In this document: positions 47,800-53,041 of the stretch, piece by piece | Position numbering within the stretch: the stretch's first letter is position 1 | Layout: the number at the start of each line of letters is the position of its first letter | Assembly: GCA_051004775.1 (NCBI GenBank) | Contig: JBPCJZ010000176.1 | Location: 1-53,041, forward strand | Direction of reading: 5' to 3' | DNA from: Gemmatimonadota bacterium | GTDB lineage: Bacteria; Gemmatimonadota; Gemmatimonadetes; Palauibacterales; Palauibacteraceae | Length of the DNA stretch: 53,041 nucleotides | Program-made: the position numbers and the translations under genes | Notes under the pieces: model-generated | Told to the model about the DNA's origin: nothing | Database searches by the model: none | What the model saw: the letters and a program-made list of their open reading frames with translations, nothing else

Positions 47800-48018
47800 T
47801 CAGCCCGGTTCGGTCGAGGAAGCGGCGGATACCTCGGGGTGGGGATACGCACCGGGCTCGTGCCGCTCGAAGTACCACGTCCCGTCGCCGTTGTCCTGCG
47901 AGACCGACGGACGGCGGGCGAGCCGGAGCTTGTAGGCGATGTAGGTGATCACGCCGAGGACGATCGTGACGAGGATCGTTACGACGATGATCGTGATCAG
48001 AATGTCGAGGATGTTCAT
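47800..48018 (-). CDS. 72-aa single-pass membrane protein (BcsF-like)
   Basis: MNILDILITIIVVTILVTIVLGVITYIAYKLRLARRP...; ATGA overlap with the GT2 stop, GAAGG SD. Hidden as the tail of track ORF 47800..48492. Confidence 0.8.
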   Translation of the reverse strand: MNILDILITIIVVTILVTIVLGVITYIAYKLRLARRPSVSQDNGDGTWYFERHEPGAYPHPEVSAASSTEPG

Positions 48019-49349
48019 CGGGCACCTTCTTCCGCGGGGCGGACCGGTGTTCGGCCGAGCTTCTCCCAGCCCATGCCGAAACGGAACAGCTCCTCGATCG
48101 CCGCGAACGTCTTGGTGACGTCGAGGAAGAGTATGAAGAAGAAGCGGTAGATCACCGCGAGGGGAACGAGGCTGAGCTGCTCTTCCTCCATGGACACGGT
48201 CACGAGCGCGGCCGCGAGATCGAGCAGGGTCAGCAGCACCCACCAGTAGAGCAGCAGCTCTCCCATGCCGAACAGCAGCGCTACGATGGCGAAGAACAGG
48301 TGGGCGAAGACGTTCATCATCGGCCACAGCACGGCCTCGAATCCCATCTCCAGGGCCGACAACCACAGCGGGAAGTCGGGGAACGGCTGGAGAAACAGAC
48401 GCTTCCGCTTGCGGAGGGCCTGGAGGATGCCCCGGGTCCAGCGGTAGCGTTGCTGAATGAGATCCAACCATTTCTCGGGGGCCTGGGTCCACGCGATCGC
48501 CTGGTCTTCGTAGGCGACCTTCCAGCCCGCCGCGATGAGTTTCAGCGTGAGGTCGGCGTCCTCCGCGAACGTGTCGGTGTCGTAGCCTCCGACATCCTCG
48601 AGCGCCTCCCGTCGAAACAGGCCGACCGGTCCCGGAACGATGTTGACCGCCGCGACGAACCCCTGCGCGCGGCGGGGCATGTTCAGGCCTTCGATGTACT
48701 CGAGTGCCTGCAGCCGGGTGAGCAGGGACACCCGGTTGCGCACCTTCACGTTGCCGGCCACGGCGCCGACCGTCTCGTCCTCCATGTGTACGACGGCCCG
48801 CCGCAGGCAGTCGCGGTCGACCGTCGAGTCCGAGTCCATGCAGAACAGGAAGGGAAACCGGGCGTTGGCTATGCCGAGGTTGAGCGCAGTCGCCTTACCG
48901 GCGTTCCGCTTGCTGAACACGCGGACGGGGATCCCGCCGTGACCCTCCCAGCGCGTTGCGGCCGCGAGCGTGTCGTCGCGCGAGCCGTCGTCCACGACGA
49001 CCACCTCGTAGGTGGGGTAATCGAGGGCGAGGAGGCTCTCGATTGCCGCCCCGATCACGGATCCCTCGTTGTACGCCGGCACGATCACCGACACGGGGGG
49101 CAGCTCGGCATCGTCCCGTTCGCTGACGTCGAGCTCCGCATGCTGCATGAAGCCGAACCACAGCAGGGTGAAGAAGCGGATCAGCAGGATGCCGAGGAAA
49201 ATCACGAGGCTGATGAGGACCATCCGAATGAGAACCACGCGGATCTGGTCCGGCGAGTTCACCGCCCAGACGATTGCCGCGACGGTGCCGCCCGTGAGGA
49301 GCAGTACCAGGAGGAGCGGACCGAGGGAACGCCCGCGGACGTCTCTCAC
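48015..49349 (-). CDS. processive GT2 synthase, PgaC/IcaA-like
   Basis: Two N-terminal TMs, VSVIVPAYNE, VDDGS.D, GKA.ALN, DSDS, GAVAGNVKV.N, Q.LEY, AEDADLT, QRYRW, C-terminal TMs. GTG 49349 overlaps the upstream stop. Confidence 0.9.
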   Translation of the reverse strand: MRDVRGRSLGPLLLVLLLTGGTVAAIVWAVNSPDQIRVVLIRMVLISLVIFLGILLIRFFTLLWFGFMQHAELDVSERDDAELPPVSVIVPAYNEGSVIGAAIESLLALDYPTYEVVVVDDGSRDDTLAAATRWEGHGGIPVRVFSKRNAGKATALNLGIANARFPFLFCMDSDSTVDRDCLRRAVVHMEDETVGAVAGNVKVRNRVSLLTRLQALEYIEGLNMPRRAQGFVAAVNIVPGPVGLFRREALEDVGGYDTDTFAEDADLTLKLIAAGWKVAYEDQAIAWTQAPEKWLDLIQQRYRWTRGILQALRKRKRLFLQPFPDFPLWLSALEMGFEAVLWPMMNVFAHLFFAIVALLFGMGELLLYWWVLLTLLDLAAALVTVSMEEEQLSLVPLAVIYRFFFILFLDVTKTFAAIEELFRFGMGWEKLGRTPVRPAEEGAR

Positions 49350-51553
49350 GGCCGCCACCGCAGCGTGAGGTCGCCACCGCCGGAATTGTACTCGTTCTCG
49401 CGGCCGCGCCGGTAGAAGACGCCAAGCTCGAAGTCGGTCCGCTCCGACGACCACGAGAGTCCCGCCTCGGCGGCGAACTGCGGAATCCAGTCCGCCGTGA
49501 TCGCGTCACGTTCGTCCGCGTAGGCCGCGCCGCCCGAGAGGCGCAGCCGGTAGCCGACGCCCCCCGCGGGTGCGCGGCCGACGGTCAGGCCCACGGTGTT
49601 GGACCAGAAGAGTCGGGGGTCCCAGTACAGACGTCGACTCGGCGAGGGAGCCGCCGCGGTGAAGCCCAGCACTCGCGTCCCCGCGTCTATCGTCAGCCAC
49701 GGATTGAGCGGCCGGCTCAGCGTCGCGCCCCCAATCAGCCGTGTGCTGGCGGCGCCGGACAGGCTCAGCCGCGCCGCCTCCGCGGCGACGGCGATCGACC
49801 AGGCGCTTCCGAAGGGCGCGTACGCGGCGACCTCGACGCGGTCGGCGGCGACGTCGGCGATCGCGCTCTCGAGCGTGTAGGTCATGGGGTAAGCGGGCCC
49901 GTGATCGTAGCGAAGCGCGAGCCGGGAGCCCGAAGCGCCGAACTTTGCGAGCGACAGGCCGAACACCGGCTCGGTCCCTGCGGCGGCCAGGTGATCCACC
50001 CCCACTCGAAGAGATGCGCGAACCGACGACTCCGACCACCAGCGGGCGCCCTCCAGTGCGGCGAACACGCCGTCGTCGTCGGTCTCGATCCCGGCGAGGT
50101 CGAATCCCTCGAGGTGCCGATAGCCCGCGTCGAGCCCGACCACGAAATCCTGCGTGGTCCACTGCGTGCCGCCGCCGAGATCGACTCGCAGGAACTCGTC
50201 GGAGTCGCGGAACAGGGAGGCGCTCGGTCCGAGGCCCATGGGCTCCGTCTCGCGCGAGGCTCGCGTCTCTACCCGGAGACGATCGAGTTCGGCGAGTCCG
50301 CCGATGGCGCGGGCGTCGGCCGGGTCGAGCCGAAGCGCGTGATCGTAGGCGGTGCGCGACGGCTCGCGCTGGTCGGCATACCGATATACGTCGCCGAGCA
50401 ACGACCAGGCGTCGGCTCGTTCCGGGCGATCGTGCACCAGGCTCTCGAGTTCCCATCGGGCCGCGTCGCCCCGGTCCGTCCAGACGTAGAGCTGGGCGAG
50501 GCGGTAGCGACCGTCGGCGTCGAGGCCGAAGTGGTCACGGTACTCCTCGAGCGCCGTGATGGCCGCATCCAGGTCCTCGTCGCGGAACTGGAGGAAGTCG
50601 ACGTACTCCCGCGCGAGCGCCGTGTCACCCGGGGCGGCCGCGACGGCCCGAGCGTAGAGGTCGCGCGCGGCGGCGAGCTCGTTCTCGCCTGCGGCCCGCC
50701 GGGCAAGTTCGAGGAGCGTGGGAGGGGCCGGTTCCGGTTCGGGCGGCGGGGTCAGGACGCGCGCCAGTTCCCGATCCAGCTCCGCGGCGGCCATCGCCAC
50801 GGCTCCGTCGGCGGAAATGCCGGCGAGGACGGTACGGGCGTCCTGCGGGCGGTCGTCGAAGTAGAGGGCTCGGGCGAGGTCGAGGCGGTACCGGCCGTCG
50901 CGGGGGTGCGCCGCCACGAGCCTGCGCAGTTCGGCCTCGGCCTCCCCGTACCTTCCGGCCCACATGTAGAGACGGGCGAGCTCGTGGCCCAGGTCGGAGT
51001 CGGTCGGGCGCTCAGCGAGCAAATCGCGATAGAGGCGAATCGCCGCATCGGTGCGGCCTTCGTCGCGAAGCAATCGGGCGAGGGCCAGGCGGTCGGCCGG
51101 CGCGCCGGCCCGGCGGACCAGGTCCTCGAAGGCGGCGCGAGCCGCCGCCGGACGACCCGCGAGTGCGAGAGTGCGGGCCCGTTCGCGTCGCACGGACAGA
51201 TCCTCGGGGTGGTCGGCCAGGTAGGCGTCCATCCGGGCGATGGCCGGCGGATAGGCACGCGCCGCGAGGAGCGGGGCGAGGTCCAGCCACAGCCGCTCCG
51301 CCGGCCCGGGCTCCCGCACGACCCGGGGGGGAGGGGGTTCGATGAGCGGTTCCCGCTGCGGCATCGGGAAGGCTACGGCGTCGGTCCGGGTGGGAAACGA
51401 AATGCCGGACTCGCGCAGGTCGGCCACTAGCGCGTAGCGCGAGGGAAGTACGATGAGGACGAGCGCCCCCGTGAGCGCGAGGAGACCGCCGGCGGTCAGG
51501 GCATAGCTGAGCCAGTACGGAACGCGCCGCTTCGCCCGGTCGCTCGAATGCAT
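49346..51553 (-). CDS. TPR + C-terminal beta-barrel polysaccharide exporter (PgaA/BcsC/PelB-type architecture)
   Basis: N-terminal hydrophobic helix, Pro linker, about 8-10 TPRs, then ~300 aa of amphipathic strands with a Y[WF].P motif (LYWDP), ending GGDLTLRWRP. Confidence 0.8.
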   Translation of the reverse strand: MHSSDRAKRRVPYWLSYALTAGGLLALTGALVLIVLPSRYALVADLRESGISFPTRTDAVAFPMPQREPLIEPPPPRVVREPGPAERLWLDLAPLLAARAYPPAIARMDAYLADHPEDLSVRRERARTLALAGRPAAARAAFEDLVRRAGAPADRLALARLLRDEGRTDAAIRLYRDLLAERPTDSDLGHELARLYMWAGRYGEAEAELRRLVAAHPRDGRYRLDLARALYFDDRPQDARTVLAGISADGAVAMAAAELDRELARVLTPPPEPEPAPPTLLELARRAAGENELAAARDLYARAVAAAPGDTALAREYVDFLQFRDEDLDAAITALEEYRDHFGLDADGRYRLAQLYVWTDRGDAARWELESLVHDRPERADAWSLLGDVYRYADQREPSRTAYDHALRLDPADARAIGGLAELDRLRVETRASRETEPMGLGPSASLFRDSDEFLRVDLGGGTQWTTQDFVVGLDAGYRHLEGFDLAGIETDDDGVFAALEGARWWSESSVRASLRVGVDHLAAAGTEPVFGLSLAKFGASGSRLALRYDHGPAYPMTYTLESAIADVAADRVEVAAYAPFGSAWSIAVAAEAARLSLSGAASTRLIGGATLSRPLNPWLTIDAGTRVLGFTAAAPSPSRRLYWDPRLFWSNTVGLTVGRAPAGGVGYRLRLSGGAAYADERDAITADWIPQFAAEAGLSWSSERTDFELGVFYRRGRENEYNSGGGDLTLRWRP

Positions 51554-51560
51554 GGACGAT

Positions 51561-53009
51561 CTACCCTTCGACCAGGGCCCGGATGTGCTCGCGCTGTTCC
51601 GGGTTGGCAAGGATCTCTGCCGCGAGGGTCACTTCGTGGCCGCGCCGGCGCAGCTCTGTCTGCACGCGTCGAAGAAACGCCTCGGCCTGCTGGGCGCGCG
51701 CGTCCTGCAGGAGGACCGCATATCCGCCGGCAAGCGGGCCGACGACGTCGCCACTGTCGCTCCGCACACTGCTGAGGAGCGCATCTCCCATATCTCCCAC
51801 CGTCGGAAGATCAAAGCGCAGGAGGCTGAACAGTTCCTCTCCCTGCGCATCGAGCCGGTCACCGAGCATCCGTCGAAACTCGGTCTCCGGCAGCAGGCCG
51901 TCGATCGCTGCCGGTCCGGCGGGTGTCGCCGGATCCGGATCCTGTCGGCGGGAGGACTCCTGCGCACGTCGGATGCGGGCGTCCAGCTCCTTGAAGTCTA
52001 TTCCCCCCGACACGACGTCGTCGGCGCCCGCGCCGAGCGCGGCCGCCTGGTCGCCGGAGCGCAGCTCGTGGTCCGACAGCAGGAGCACGGCGGCCGAACT
52101 GAGCGGCCGGAGGGCGCGGATCAGCTCGACGGCCTCGTCCGTATGCTCGCGGTTGACGTACACGCACACGGTTCCCGCCGGTGCGGAAGGAAGCTTCTGA
52201 ATCAGCGACATCCCGTCGGTGAGGCGTACGGTGTCGCGATTTCGGCCGAGCCAGCCGGCGAGGTCCGACGGGGCCCGCCCGCCGAGCTCGACGAGGTAGA
52301 GTCTGTCACCGCCGGCGCTGCCCCGATCCGAGCTGCGCCGCTCGATGGCGCCGGTCGGGGCCCGCAGTCCGCTTCCCGCGCACAACTCCAGGCTCAGCGG
52401 ACCGGTCGTCTCGACTGGCGGGGTCATACGGCTGATCGCGACCTCGTGCAGACCGTTACTGATCCGGGCGAAATGGAAGACTCCGGATGCACGTTGCAAC
52501 ACCCACTCGGTCGCCGGATCCGGACGGTCCTCGAGGCCCGAAGCCACGGACGCGACGACCGTGGCTCCGCTGTCGGCAACCCAGTTCTGGAAGCCCTGGG
52601 CCATTGTCGTACCGGCACGCGTAGACCAGAGGAAGGATCCCGGGTCGACACCGATCCGGTCGACGGGGGGCGCGATGAGACCCGCGAGTTCCTCGAAGGC
52701 CTCGTTGGGATCCGGGGTGTGGACTACCCGCCGAGGATAGTTGCCCTTGAACCCGAGAAGAATGCAACTGCCGTCGTGCCAGTGCGTTGCGAGGTCGAAG
52801 CCGAAATACTCGGCCTGTTCGATGATGCTGGCGGGAGTGGCCGCGCTGAGCAGGGCGACGCGCTCGCGCCTGCGAAGGCCTTCGTGCACGAACTGGAGAA
52901 TGAAGGCGAGTTTGGCGGTGTCCGCGGCGCCCGTCAGGAGGTAGAGTCCGCCGCTGCGAAGGCCCGAGACACGCTCGTCGAGCGGAACGATCCCCGTGGG
53001 GAGGTTCAC
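51561..53009 (-). CDS. BcsE-like regulator: degenerate RecA/KaiC ATPase + degenerate REC + degenerate GGDEF
   Basis: TGI..LD....GL..G..YLLTG with broken Walker A (GAADTAKL); REC fold with LRSGD..AL.AGADD lacking the phospho-Asp and Lys; GGDEF fold (GLL....F, FSLL.FD, R...GDVVG....YAVLL.D) without GGDEF; AGGAG SD. Confidence 0.75.
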   Translation of the reverse strand: MNLPTGIVPLDERVSGLRSGGLYLLTGAADTAKLAFILQFVHEGLRRRERVALLSAATPASIIEQAEYFGFDLATHWHDGSCILLGFKGNYPRRVVHTPDPNEAFEELAGLIAPPVDRIGVDPGSFLWSTRAGTTMAQGFQNWVADSGATVVASVASGLEDRPDPATEWVLQRASGVFHFARISNGLHEVAISRMTPPVETTGPLSLELCAGSGLRAPTGAIERRSSDRGSAGGDRLYLVELGGRAPSDLAGWLGRNRDTVRLTDGMSLIQKLPSAPAGTVCVYVNREHTDEAVELIRALRPLSSAAVLLLSDHELRSGDQAAALGAGADDVVSGGIDFKELDARIRRAQESSRRQDPDPATPAGPAAIDGLLPETEFRRMLGDRLDAQGEELFSLLRFDLPTVGDMGDALLSSVRSDSGDVVGPLAGGYAVLLQDARAQQAEAFLRRVQTELRRRGHEVTLAAEILANPEQREHIRALVEG

Positions 53010-53041
53010 GGTTCTCCTGCCTGTCGTGGTCGTAGTGAGTG

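Noticed and set aside
52360-53009. KaiC circadian clock protein
   Set aside because: There is a single degenerate domain with a broken Walker A, no second KaiC domain and no kaiB.

Overview
Very GC-rich bacterial chromosomal segment, most likely Gemmatimonadota (inferred from gene order and protein style, not from a marker gene). About 42 kb is core housekeeping: beta-carbonic anhydrase, rhlE, csp, radC, rel, uvrB-tsaE-tsaB-rimI, ssb, tolQRAB-pal-cpoB, nrdR-tatC-lptD, ispB, tatA, ppiD, aroQ-pepQ-efp-accB-accC, ftsK-lolA-rimO-spoIID. I see no rRNA, tRNA, CRISPR array or mobile element. The last ~10 kb (minus strand) is the interesting part. (i) A tightly coupled 5-gene exopolysaccharide locus (53009->45849) looks like a mosaic. 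It has a BcsE-like protein (degenerate RecA/KaiC-ATPase + degenerate REC carrying RxxD + degenerate GGDEF) and a BcsF-like 72-aa membrane peptide, both known from enterobacterial cellulose systems. These are joined to a PgaC/IcaA-like GT2 synthase with no PilZ and no PgaD, a TPR/beta-barrel exporter, and a deacetylase with a PelA-like layout. (ii) A GCS2 carboxylate-amine ligase-CBS fusion is coupled to an AstE/AspA deacylase. Smaller signals are several apparently leaderless genes, a shared promoter motif and a leader terminator in the cold-shock genes, tandem MAGHD* mini-ORFs before tolA, a Pal with a Cys-flanked insert, and a clamp-binding-like motif on NrdR. All homology calls come from motif recognition and remembered sequences; no searches were run.
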